A stretch of DNA of 64,000 nt. Source: Octopus vulgaris (taxonomy: Eukaryota). The stretch is taken from the NCBI GenBank assembly GCA_951406725.2, contig OX597825.1, positions 51,212,001-51,276,000 of the forward strand, read 5' to 3'. This document shows, one piece after another, positions 28,081 to 39,890 of the stretch. The notes under the pieces were generated by a model that worked only from the letters and a program-made list of their open reading frames with translations, was not told the DNA's origin and ran no database searches. Positions within the stretch are counted from its first letter, which is position 1, and every line of letters begins with the position of its first letter. A program made the translations under genes and the position numbers.

Positions 28081-28287
28081 ATATTGTTATATTTCGGAAT
28101 GGTCATTTTGCCAGTTTAGCCAATAAAAACACACGCACTATATATTTGGTGTTAATTTGCTTCAGTGATATTTATTAAGATTAAAGTAAAAAATAAATAT
28201 CACTGAAGCAAATTAACACCAAATATATAGTGCGTGTGTTTTTATTGGCTAAACTGGCAAAATGACCATTCCGAAATATAACAATAT
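28081..28287. repeat. Perfect 96-bp-arm fold-back with 15-nt loop, between (TA)n tracts
   Basis: 28081-28176 is the exact reverse complement of 28192-28287. Confidence 0.97.
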
Positions 28288-28484
28288 ATATATATATATA
28301 ATAAGAGTAAATAATTTCTTCGATAGTTTTTCAGACAACCAACAATTATTTACCGGTAGAATTCGGTATGTAAATATGACCATTAGCGGCGGGAACTTCT
28401 GTGGAGTTCAGTATATATTGTATATAAGTAGAAGGGCAGGCAACAGGTTGCTTTGCCGCATACCGAAAGAATTAGAAATAGCAG

Positions 28485-28524
<40 letters not shown>

Positions 28525-28537
28525 TGTTCTACGAAAC

Positions 28538-28792
28538 ATAGCAGCCCGACACACGTGCTATCGTGGCACGTACCATGTGTGCGAGCCGCTAATAATTTCA
28601 AACCATAACAATCTGAGATGACCTTGAAGTCGAAGATTATAAACAGAGATAGCAATCGTATATTGCCTTAAGAAACAGAACGAGATTTCATTATGCAAAC
28701 AAGCAGTTGCATAATCAAATGTCTGTATTCTTGGATAACTACGTGGCGTCGAAACAATTATAGCGAATAATAAATAAATGCCACACCAATGT
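28538..28792 (+). repeat. Dispersed repeat inserted between (TA)n and (TAGA)n
   Basis: Homologous to 26130-26372 (-); ends GTCGAAACAATTATAGCGAATAATAAATAAA. Confidence 0.7.
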
Positions 28793-28813
28793 CAGATAGA
28801 TAGATAGATAGAT

Positions 28814-29016
28814 AACAATTGCAGCGTGGAAGGTACTTTTAAGCCATTCAAGGAACACACATCTGAGATGCAGCACGGAATTTTGTCAGTGAACAGGTCG
28901 CAGTCTCAAGGCGACAAAAATATTTTGACAAATTAAATTTAAATGTTGAAGTGAAACTAAACGGATTTTGTGTGTTTCTTAAATGCCTTATAAACACCTT
29001 CCACGCTGCACTTGTT
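28814..29016. repeat. Insert with ~47-bp imperfect terminal inverted arms
   Basis: AACAATTGCAGCGTGGAAGGT...AAGGAACACACA (28814-28861) versus its reverse complement at 28969-29016; microsatellites on both sides. Confidence 0.8.
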
Positions 29017-29186
29017 TTCGTTCACACACACACACACAGAGACATACATTAATGCATATGATACCGTTCTGGTAAGGTTCATGAAGGATTTAGTTATGTC
29101 ATCATTCTCAGGCCTTTTTAACTATGGAGATGAATGAAAAATTTGAACTATAATACAATATAATACGTGTTTTCTCTTTTGCTATA

Positions 29187-29379
29187 CAGTAATGCTTCGT
29201 GGATTCGCAGTTCACCTATCACAGTTCCCCTATCGCGGTTTCTTATTTAAGCTTACGTCGATTCCTCTCTGGTATTGTTTTGCATTTATGATAAAATAAA
29301 TATATACAAATTATGAAAATGATAATAAAAAATTTCTATTTCGCTGTTTTTCACCTTCACGATAGTCGAGGTATTACTC
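29187..29379. mobile_element. pogo/Tigger-like MITE
   Basis: TA-CAGTAATGCTTCG ... CGAGGTATTACTC-TA: imperfect CAGT-type TIRs with TA flanks; non-coding interior. Confidence 0.65.
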
Positions 29380-30809
29380 TATAGGGATACGCACAGAATA
29401 CTAGATTGTACTTATTTGTCGTAGAATTTAAATTCAAATCACAGAACCTGTGTGAGTTCGGGTGTGTGTATGTGTCTTTATGTGTATGTAAACATGTAAG
29501 TGTGAGTGTACACTAACGTGTGTTTGTGAGTGCATTGAGAGAAAAAGAGCGAGTGAAATACTTTCTGTGTGTATGTGTGTGTAAAGGAGCGTATTAATGA
29601 ATATCATATAATTCTATTGTCCTATTACCAAATATTCTAACATTAGCTTTCGTCTTTTTAAGAATGTAGGCGTGACAAAGTGTTCAAGAAGTACGTTTCG
29701 TCATAATGAAGCTTCGAGTTCGATCGATCCCACCGTTTGGCAGCTTGGGTAAATGTCTCTCGTGATAGCTGCAGTTTAACACTGGTGAGTTAATTGAAAT
29801 GATGGAAACTGTATTGAATTGCGTCAGATGGCTTTTACCTTTAATTAAATGGGGTTTTCTCACAAATTGCTATGTACTGAATGGGTCTGAGAATTATATT
29901 AGCTAGTATTTCATAAGATTGTCTGTAAGATGCCCTTAAGAAAGCTGTGAGAGTATAAGGGAACGGAAAATATAAATGGTACACTAAGGAATGTGATCTG
30001 TGTTTAGCGGGTGAGAATTTTTCTAATGAATAAGATATTTGAATAAAGTGCAATTTCAAAATTAAATAAATAAATAGATAAATAAATAAATGTCAGCATT
30101 ATATTACGAGTTGGACGTTGCGTTATGGACTGAAACACAACACTCAGGCTAAATAAAATTTCATTACATAAGTAGTTACCTTCGTTACACAGGGGAGACT
30201 CGATCGTATAAATATTTATAAAGGGGGATCTCCGGGATAAGTTAGTATCAGATAATATGGTTAACAATCCAGTCAGCAGAATTAAGTCCAGTTTCATTAA
30301 AATCTGCTGTTCATCTGTTTTCATTTTTCGTTTTTTTGTTGTAAAACCTGGGCAAGAGGCAATTGTAAAACAGTACTCTTTGAAGAAGCACTCAGCTGTA
30401 AAGGGTTCAAAATCACTGGGTTAAGGGATATGTGTCTGTAATACTCATCAACTTACACATCAGATTAACGAGAAAATTGTTAAATCGATCGAATGATTCA
30501 ATACTTTGAAATTGAACATATCATCAATCAAACATAAATAGAACATTAAGCTCTTATTGGTTACACCCCACCACAAAAAACGTAAAATGGAATAAGAAGC
30601 CGAAGATAACCATGTTGCGTTTGTGTTTTTGGCGTCTCTGCAATATCCGCGCTCTGTTTCCGTTAGTAAAATTTTCTTAATATTCTGCATTCTACTCTCT
30701 CTTAGTGATTATCCTGTGTTGCTAATAAAGAAACATATATATATTAATATATGTAAACTCATTCACTTTTGGAAAATAAATCAGTAGATACAGTTTTACC
30801 ACCACCACA

Positions 30810-30893
<84 letters not shown>
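30810..30893. repeat. (ACT)n microsatellite
   Basis: Directly visible. Confidence 0.95.
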
Positions 30894-30894
<1 letters not shown>

Positions 30895-30896
<2 letters not shown>

Positions 30897-32051
30897 GATT
30901 TATAGTAGCTTACATTTCGACTTATTTTAGAACATGGTTGAGTCCATAAAATAGGATTTGACTACACCTCCATTTAGAGCACAGTTTAAGCTATCTTTTC
31001 GTGGAAGAAGGTTTATGTTCCTATAATCTGTGTTAATTCTGTAACCTTTTAAAATGGAAGATAAGAAAGTTCATTTTTGGCACTTGATGCTTTTCTTTTT
31101 CCGTAAAGGAAAAATGCTTCACAAGCAACCAAAGAAATATGCGAAGTTTACGGTGATGTTTCTTTATCCGAAAGAACTGTACAGAAGTGGTTTGCAATGT
31201 TCCGGGCTGGAGATTTTAGCCTTATTGATAAAGAGCGATCAGGCAGACCATCCACTACAGATGATGACTAAATCAAGTCATTAATTGAGAATAACCCACA
31301 TAGCACAACTCGAGAATTGGCAGAAAGCCTCAACCTATCAAAACCCATCGTTCATGTGCACCTGGTAAAGTTTAGGTACACAAATCGCTACGATGATTGG
31401 GTACCACATGCGTTGAGTGGGAAGAACCTTTTGGATCGCATTTCCATCTGTGATTCGCTTTATAAACGGAATGAAAACTCACCTTTTCTTAAAGCAAATT
31501 GTGAAAGGTGATGAGAAATGGATTTTCTAACGAAATGCTCAGAGAAAGCGATCCTGGAGTAAGCGACATCAGCCACCCTTAGCCACTCTAAAAGCGGGTC
31601 TTCACCCTACAAAAGTCATGCTTTGTGTCTGGTGGGATTGGAAAGGAATTCTGTACTATGAGCTTCGCCCAAGCAACCAGACAATTAATTCTGAGAACAA
31701 ATGGACGTGTTAAAAGCAGCAATTCAAGAGAAACGTCCAGAATTAGCCAACAGGAAGGGTGTTGTTTTCCAAAATGATAATGCAAGACCACACGTTTCTT
31801 TGGGAACCAGACAAAAATTGCTGCAGCTCGGTTGGTATGCGTTACCCCACCCTCTATATTCACCAGATATTGCTCCTTCGGATTTCCACTTATTCAGGTC
31901 TCTGCAGAATAGTCTTAATGGTAAACATTTCAGTTCCTTGGATGACGTAAAATGATACCTTGATTAATTCTTTGCCATGAATGTAATGGCAAGTATTTAC
32001 TGACCTTTTACTTTCCTTTAAAAATCGGCACGAACTTTCCGGACAACCCAA
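30895..32051 (+). mobile_element. Mariner (mellifera-like) transposon with truncated left TIR
   Basis: Right TIR AAATCGGCACGAACTTTCCGGACAACCCAA + TA; only CCGATTT of the left TIR remains, next to (ACT)n. Confidence 0.9.
31054..31980 (+). pseudogene. Mariner transposase pseudogene
   Basis: MEDKKVHFWHLMLFFFRKGK, RSGRP, WVPHAL, GDEKW, FQNDNARPH and HPLYSPDIAPSDFHLFRSL motifs, with frameshifts and stops. Confidence 0.95.
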
Positions 32052-33339
32052 TACAATTCTTTTCATTCCTTTTGCACCACCTATTTTAACACTTACATGT
32101 TTCTTTCATATACTCTCCTGTACTCGCTCTCTAAGATTTAAAGCGTTACTAAGAAATCAACCAACAAACCATCGAACGAACGATTGAACAAATGAACCAA
32201 AGAACCAACCAAATATTTATATTGGACTTATGAAGGATATTATTACATAGAGATAATGAAGATTATGAAATATAATCACACCTGTTTAACTACCAAAATA
32301 TCAAGCTGGTGTAGGTTTATATATAATGAGTCACAAAGCCGATTGAAAAAATGTTCATAGTAATGCTAGGTCAAAAATGTCATATCATTTCTCACTGAAC
32401 TCGAATACTGTTTGATAAGTGTTAGATGAATATATTATGACTTGCACAGTTTCATAATAAGGCATAGAAAGGCATACATACACATTTACATATTTATGTA
32501 CAAATAAACATACACAAGGACAAAAAGAAACGTACCCACAGATATTCAGCCATAAATACATACCTACATTGAGAAATATACTACAAACTAGAAAAGAGAA
32601 ACTGTAAAATGGATAATGAAGTTGAAGATGTTTACTATACACTAATACTCTTCCTAAAAAAAAAGAACTGGGTGGTTACGAGTTAAACACCTTTGATCGT
32701 TATCATACACACACAAACACACACACATACACAAAGATATATAGATAGATAGGTATACTTATAAATAAATAGATAGCTTTAATGTGACACAAAGAATGTG
32801 ATTAAATTATAGAGGCGTATAAAATAAACATATAAGGAGAATGTCAATGACAATTAAATAGTAGATGCACAGATGTATTTCTAATTAAATTAAGCAACGA
32901 AAATAATTTTTTTCTTTTAGTGAATATGACTGGAAAATAAATTGTTGTACAATAAAATAGACAAATTTAATATCTTTCCTGACTGAAGCTTTAAGAATCT
33001 TGACACAAAACATGAATGCCAATGAAAAAATAATATAAATTGATATTTCTACAATTGAATGATGTCAGTGTAGCAGGAAATTCTTGTAAATAATGGCAGA
33101 CTGTCGTCGATGTTAAAATGTTGCTGGAAATGTATGCATTGGCACTAGATTTCATAAATTTTAGCAAGACAGGACGCCGTGAGACAATCACCTGATCCGC
33201 TAGCAAGGCAAGTTAAATCTTCATCAAAACACGATAATGTCTGAAAAGGGAAAGGTCACGTTGGATAATCAACTCCTGGATGCTTACACGCACTTTGGAG
33301 TTAAAATTATTACGACGGAATTATCATTATTACTATTAT

Positions 33340-33847
33340 TGAGCGAGAGAGCAGTGCACGCCATCAAAGTGACACTGAAGTAAAATATAAGATGCCCAAT
33401 ATACCCATTATGACTACCCGTCAGCTAAGGGTACGCCAGACACATGCAAGACAACCATATGAGCACAAAATGATGATCTCATATAAAAAAAAAAAACAAT
33501 ATATGACCTGTCAAGTGGGGCCCAGTTCGAATTTTCTTCAGGACGAGGAGCCCATCCGGTTCAAAGGTCCTTTAATAGGGGTTAAGGATGTTGAACGAAA
33601 CGCTCACGCTTCCATTGATAAATTACTCAAACCCACAAAGAATTCCTCTCAAATCATGTTCATGATCAGAGATGCACATATTGTCAGATACTAAGGGACA
33701 TGCTCAACTGTTTAAGGTCAAACAATTGAGAAGCAAATCTGTGGTATTGAGCAGAATATTTGCTGTAGCCCATCTTTTGTACCAAAACAATCATGTACAG
33801 GATAACACTCAGTTACGATCATGAGAGCCAGTGCCTGGTATTACATC

Positions 33848-33848
<1 letters not shown>
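33340..33848 (-). mobile_element. Repeat embedded in (ATT)n; possible 3' UTR of a Dong/R4-like non-LTR element
   Basis: Bounded by ATT repeats on both sides, with no coding motif. The Dong assignment is inference from the known (TAA)n targeting of Dong elements. Confidence 0.35.
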
Positions 33849-33905
<57 letters not shown>

Positions 33906-34238
33906 TGTTTCAGTCATTTGACTGCGGCCATACTGGAGCACTGCCTTTAGTCGAAAAAATCGACTCCAAGGCTTATTCTTTCTAGTATTATTGCATCGGT
34001 CTCTTTTGTAGAACGGCTAAGTTACTGGGACGTAAACACACCAGCATCGATTGTCAGGACACACAAATATACACATACACACACACATATATATATACGA
34101 CGAGCTTCTTTCAGTTCCCGTCTACCAAATCCACTTACAAAGCTTTGGTCGGACCGAAGCTATAGTAGAAGACATTTGACCAAGGTACTACAGAGTGAGA
34201 CAGAACCCGGAGCCATGTGGTTGGTAAGCAAGCTACTT

Positions 34239-36475
34239 TATTTCAAAAATTTTGCCATAAAGGCATGATACAGAGTAGCTTGCAGGCTGGACAAAAACAT
34301 TGATGAGATGAATGATGAAATAAAATGATATTAATGGAAGAAGACAAAAACGCCCGCCGATTTTTTGCTTCTCTAAAACATTATTTTTACACAAAAAACA
34401 AACGGAGGTACTGAACATCTTCCGTTTTTACAGTTATTGGACTTAATAGTCCATTTCCAACTTAAAACATTATTAAATTTACAGAAAAAACAAAACGAGG
34501 TAATGAACCTCTTACTTCCGTTTTTACAAATTTTGGACTTAATAGTACATTTACAAATTGAGGCGCTGAGCATCTTATACACTTAAACATTATAACACTG
34601 AGGCTTTTCAACCACTTGTCAATTTTCCTTCCCAACATCGCTTGTGTCCGTATACTCCGCCATTACCCACGCTTCGTTTAAAACCAAGGCGGGCTCCGAG
34701 ACCTCGTCCGCCACAAGCGATATTCCTCTTTAAGTCCCTCCAGCTTACGTACCACGGGCAACGTTATGGCCTTCACAGTTATCTGCGGTGGCCATTCGGG
34801 TTCCCGTGTAAAAGTTAAATGTATTCCCTTATAGTGTTTTTCCACCAACTGTTCTACCTTACCACTCTGTAGAAGAAGATCAATAATTTGTCTTCCTCCG
34901 GGGTCGAAGTAGTCAATTCTACCGTTGACGGCACAATTCTCGCCAACAGTATCTCTTCATCTGCCGGAGGCACAACCGACGAGGTTACAGCTTCCTCTGT
35001 CGGTGTCACGATTCCCACCGAAGAGGCTTTGGGACATGCCGGCAGTACACTGCATATCTCCGGCACTGTTCCATTTTTTAAATCTCTTTTTCTTTATCTT
35101 TGGTGCGGGAAGGGTTGGCTCCTTCACCATAACCGCAGAAACCTCGCTTCCTCCCGCAACCCCGGGATCCCTCGGAGAGCAATCATTGTTGCTCCCCTTC
35201 TTCCTTTTTCTCCGCTTTTTTCGGGGGAGATCACTCTCTCCTCCTCCATCTCTTCTTCCGGTGGAGGAGGGGGAGGTGGTTCTTCCACAACTAACTGCTC
35301 CAGGACCCTACTTTGGTCCTTGGGACAGTTCTTAATGTGGCCATGCTCCAGGCACTCATGACACTTGGTGGTGGTGGTGGGGCGTCCCTCAAGAATCACC
35401 GAATACCTGGATCCGGCCATCTTAAAAAAATCTGGAAACACCAGATCATCGGCTGATTGGGTTCCATAGAGTCAAAACTGCTTTTTATCCCACCCAATCA
35501 GCTGTAGGCATCATTTTAACTTTTAAGAGCTTGGCTCCCAGAGCCCGGCGGATAGTGTCCTTTATCTACTTGAGTTCTATTCCGAGTGGCAGCCCACACA
35601 CTCAAGCTCTTGTCAATTTCCTCCCACGATATGTGGGCAGAAACAAAATTTTTTCCCCTTTTAGGGGTTGGCTCGAAAAAATGCGAGCCTCCTCAAGGGT
35701 ATCAAATAGCAACCACACTGTTGCATATTTGACACCCCTTGCAATAAACTTGATATATTGAGAAGGGGTTGGTAGGTATTCTGCCAACCCCTTCTCAATA
35801 TATACCTGAGAGTACACAGTGATGGCGTCGAGGGATTTGGAATATGTCCTCAACATCACCGTTTTCTCATTAAGGTCCTTTACCGAATGCTTGGGGGGGG
35901 GGGGCACAATTTCCCTCTCCAAGACAGTGATTTAATTTTTTTGCCATGCTTTGCAAAAAAAAAAGTAGGAAAATTTTCAAAAAAAGTTCAAAGAAAGAAC
36001 AGAAAGACAGAGCAGAAAAAAGAATGAAGGAAGACAGTTCCAGCACCGCAACACAATTCCGTCACTTATGTAATCTGGGTCTACAGGTAATCCGCAAATA
36101 ATCCACAGGTAATCCTCCAGAATATTGCTTCATACAAGTACCCCAGTTTACTGTAGCAGCAAAAAAATTCCTCCACGAATGGGTTGAATTTTTATAAACA
36201 TTTCAAATTTTGGTAGCGAGACACGCCCACCAAAACAAAACAATTCTCACCGCTAAGTGAGTTATTCAGCGCGACTGCAGCAGACAAATGTTCAAGACCC
36301 GGTGGGGATTTCTTATGTGAAAAAAGGAAAAACAATGTCATACAACAAATTCCTCACTAAGTCCCTTAAAAAAACAAGTGCCTACCTTGCAGTCACGCCT
36401 CTTCAACAGTTCTTCTAGTCAAGACGGCCACTAACGCACGTCTTGACAGTGTTCAATCCGATAAGCAGCGCATGC
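34239..36475 (-). mobile_element. ORF1-only (HAL1-like) L1/Tx1-type non-LTR element with 15-bp TSD
   Basis: TSD GTAAGCAAGCTACTT (34224-34238) / GTAAGAAAGCTACTT (36476-36490); ~530-bp 5' UTR; decayed ORF1 (~35947-34680) with RRM-like ATVWLLFDTLEEA and zinc knuckle CHECLEHGHIKNCP; 3' UTR ending in AATAAA; no EN/RT motifs. Confidence 0.8.
34374..34558. repeat. Two ~90-bp direct repeats in the 3' UTR of the ORF1-only element
   Basis: TAAAACATTATT...TTTACA.AAAAAACAAA.GAGGTA.TGAAC...CTTCCGTTTTTACA...TTGGACTTAATAGT.CATTT occurs twice. Confidence 0.8.
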
Positions 36476-36699
36476 GTAAGAAAGCTACTTACCATACAGC
36501 TACACCTGCGCGCTTTGCCTGCACTACCGAGCGAATCTCTGTGTGCCTTGGATATGTGGTGTGGTTTATTATGATGCTTTTGTCTTTACTTTATTGAAAG
36601 TGTTTTACGTAGGATGTGTGCGGTGCCTATTAGTGCTATTGTATATTATATATACTATTAGTGCTGTATGTTATATATACTTGTTAGACCTGGTGTTTT

Positions 36700-38222
36700 T
36701 ATGCATTGTCTGAAAATTACACCCCCTTCTGCAATGTACTAATCCCACACAGACCTTTCGTGTGTCCAAAATACTATTCCAAGGCCTGACTAATACTACA
36801 GTGCGAGACGTTCCCAAGAATGTTTTTAGACGCTTGAAGAAATCTGGCCACCAGACTAATGGCACTTTCGCTGCTATTTACGTCCAGAACCACCACCCTA
36901 CCATCCGGGTCCAGGAAGATATCCCGTACTTGGCGATGTAAAAGCTTCCATATTAGCACTGCTACACAGCCACCCACTCCCGATAGACCACAAGATGAGA
37001 ATACCTCGTAGTCCTCGAAAATGGATGCTAGAGCTTGTTTTCCCGGAGATCCTTGTTCCACTAATTGCAGCCACATCTAAGTCAAGCGATCTGATATCAC
37101 TGAACAAGTGACTTTGCTTCCAAGTTAAACCCAGGCCACACATATTCATGCAACCCCATTCTCAGCTCAGTTGTGCTAGTAGGAAAAACAAATTCACCTT
37201 GATTTTCGAGAATCCCGGACATTCCGGGTCACTCTACTGGCAAAAATATTTTAAAAGGGCCTTCCAACAGCCTTTTATCAACTGGTATTTTAAAAATCCC
37301 CACCCTGCATAAGAATTGTTCTCATTTATGTCTGAGGAAGTTCTAATTGAATGTCTGTCTTTGGGGTTTTGGAGGATGAAATCCTCAAATTCTTTTCCCT
37401 CTGTCTCTATTTTGCATTTGTTTTAACTTAAAAAATCCATTAATTCACTGTTACATTTGTTCACAACAGTGAAATTGATGGATACATTTTGTCTACAGTC
37501 GAATGAATATTATTGCCTTTGAAAATGTTTCTGTGATTCTGTTATTTCATGCTGTTCATGATGTTGCTGTTTTGAGGCTATTATTCTTGATCTTGTTTTT
37601 TGTTGGAGTTGTTGTGAATTGTTCTGCAGTTGAGGTGTCTGTATATCTTTTTGTTGAGTTCTTGGAGTAGGGCTATGTACTCTCATCCTCTTTCGCCTCC
37701 CCTCCTTTTGTCACTGGAATCCATTACTCGTTTGGCCCTTCTTTCTCCATATCATTGCAGTTGCTGTTGGTTTGGGAAGCAGAGCGTTCAGGTGAAACTT
37801 GCTTTTCCGTGGTAACAGGTGCAGACTCCTTCTTTGTTTTGGTTTGGGTGTATCTATGGGCATCATTGTCGGAATATAGTAGGTGCCCCGAGCGGTACAT
37901 CATGATTTTGAAGTGTTTAGTTTTTTCTAGTTTCAGGACAGAAAACTTTTAAGTTACAGATCTACATATGTGGCATCTTGGGTTTCTACCCTTCACTAAC
38001 AGGTGACTACCATCCGGGAGTTCGATCAGATCGGGCAGCTGTTCGATGTGGGTTTGCTTACCTTGTAAGGTCAGTCCCATACTTATATCTGACCAGTCTT
38101 TTTTTGTTTGGGTATTTTGTTGACTTCCAGGATTGTCGCATCTTCTTCATCTAAACCTGTCAAGACAGCCGCCATTAACCAGGTGATGGATATTTCTGGC
38201 GGCACGTTCAACACCCTAAACT
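36700..38222 (-). mobile_element. L1/Tx1-type LINE fragment (ORF1 C-terminal half + APE endonuclease start), decayed
   Basis: ORF1 remnant LLVKGRNPRCHICRS; APE motifs NMCGL...LDVAAISGTR, GGCVAVL, DPDGRVVVLDV and VVLV..WNSILD. Confidence 0.85.
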
Positions 38223-38227
38223 TAGCT

Positions 38228-39620
38228 GGGGATTAATTCGTGCTTTATAATCATATTTGGTTTCTTGCTTCAATAGTATGGTCAGTCCTTATGGGGAATC
38301 TTCATATGATTCTGTAATATTTATTATCTGTCATAGCTTTCGGCTCGTGTTCATACCACTTTCCTGTTATTTCGAAGTCACACATTCGGCTAATATCTCA
38401 ATGCACTTTTTTCTCATACAGTCACTCCTACGCTTATATTCTTCTTGTGCAAGTTTACAACACTCTTTCATATGATGATTGATACTTTCGTCTTCTTTCC
38501 TGCAGATTCTACATTTGCTATGTGATTGAGTTTTGTCGATCTTTGCCTTTATCAGATTCGTCCTAATTGTTTGTTTCTGAGCAGCTTTAATTAACGTTTA
38601 ACTCTGCCGTTTCAGCTTTCTGTCTGTCAGTTATTGCCAGCGATGTTTACTTTCAACATTCCAGGTTTGTAGCATGAATCGGTCATGTAATTCCATTTCT
38701 TGCCATTTGGTTGCACTGTTGTTTTTCCTCCTGTTCTTAAATTCTCCAGATGTTTTACTAACTTTTGGAGCTTTCCAGTTGCTGTTAGTATTGTTACTTT
38801 GCTTCTCAGAACTTTGTTTTAATTGTCCCTTTTGCGATTAGTAATTTTCTGCTTTCTTTGTATTTTTCACGGTAGTTAAAATATGTCAGTATTACTTTTA
38901 GGGTAATGTGCATTGTGTAATGTAAGCAGTTTTCGAGTTCTTCTCTCTAAGTTCTGTAGCTCGAGGTTTATCCATTTTACAAAGAGAGCACAGTGTCTTA
39001 GTTCTGGCACAGTCTATGTAGTTATTACTTTAACGATGTCTCTTCGTTTATATTTGGCTTCCAACACCTTGCTTGATCTTCCCCTGTACTCTTTAGAGAT
39101 TTTCCTTAATTTATTTCTCATCATCTTATAATCTTGCCGCTCCCCTAGGTTTTTGTATCCTTCATTATTCCTCATTAATACATTGTTGTGTGGTAAGTTT
39201 TATAGCATCGGAGATGAACTTCCTTCACAATCAACACTGGACATTTTTAAAACACGAACTGCTTTCCAATATCCTTGCTGAATACTCCTACCTTTGAGAT
39301 TAGAGAAAGTAGATCTTTTTCACATTGGTATGTCGTTTCAAGTCATACATATACCGCAAATGGCTTATTTTCACCTTGGCTTTTATAAACTCATTAGCCG
39401 AGCCTAGAATTTATCAATGTACAATTTAGTGACGAAAAGTAATGGAGAGAGTGTCTGTCCCTGGAATACAGCCCTGCATAATCTTACGTTTCTTAACGAT
39501 TCATTTATGTGTATTAGTTCTATTTCCTACAATCTTATTGCTTTTTCCAGAAAGCTATTTATCCTGTCAATGACTCCGAGTATCCTCCAGCATTCCAAGA
39601 ACCAACTCCCAGTGCTATTA
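38228..39620 (-). mobile_element. Dong/R4-clade non-LTR element fragment (RT + zinc finger + RLE), decayed
   Basis: Minus-strand motifs RAVFQGQTLSPLLF, KISHLRYMYDLK, AAQKQTIRTN, KCRICRKEDESINH...CKLAQEEYKRR and KWYEHEP...PIRTDHTIEAR. Confidence 0.85.
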
Positions 39621-39890
39621 ACATTCTAGTCTCTTTCAGATATTTCTCCAAGACAAAATGTTACTGCTTCTGCTCTCCTATATTCCTTTATACGTTATAA
39701 ATTTTATATACACCGGTATTTAATTCCAAGGCTGCTGGTCGGATATTGATTTAATTCTAGCTTAGCAAGCTTTTTCACCATTCAATAAATGTTTACCAAT
39801 TTACATCTTCTCGGCATGGTACAGGAAATCCGGGTTTTCGTCACTGGGGAGATTAAATCAGGTCAAAACAATGTGTCTAATGTATCTTTT

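Larger units (their letters stand above)
33905..36511 (-). mobile_element. SINE family A split by an insertion (33905-34238 body; 36491-36511 extreme 5' head)
   Basis: The SINE sequence stops at GGTAAGCAAGCTACTT and resumes after GTAAGAAAGCTACTT with ACCATACAGCTACACCTGCGC, as in the intact copy at 47281-47300. Confidence 0.85.

Noticed and set aside
34888-35361. 157-aa and 136-aa plus-strand Ser/Gly-rich ORFs
   Set aside because: Antisense to the low-complexity part of the retroelement ORF1.
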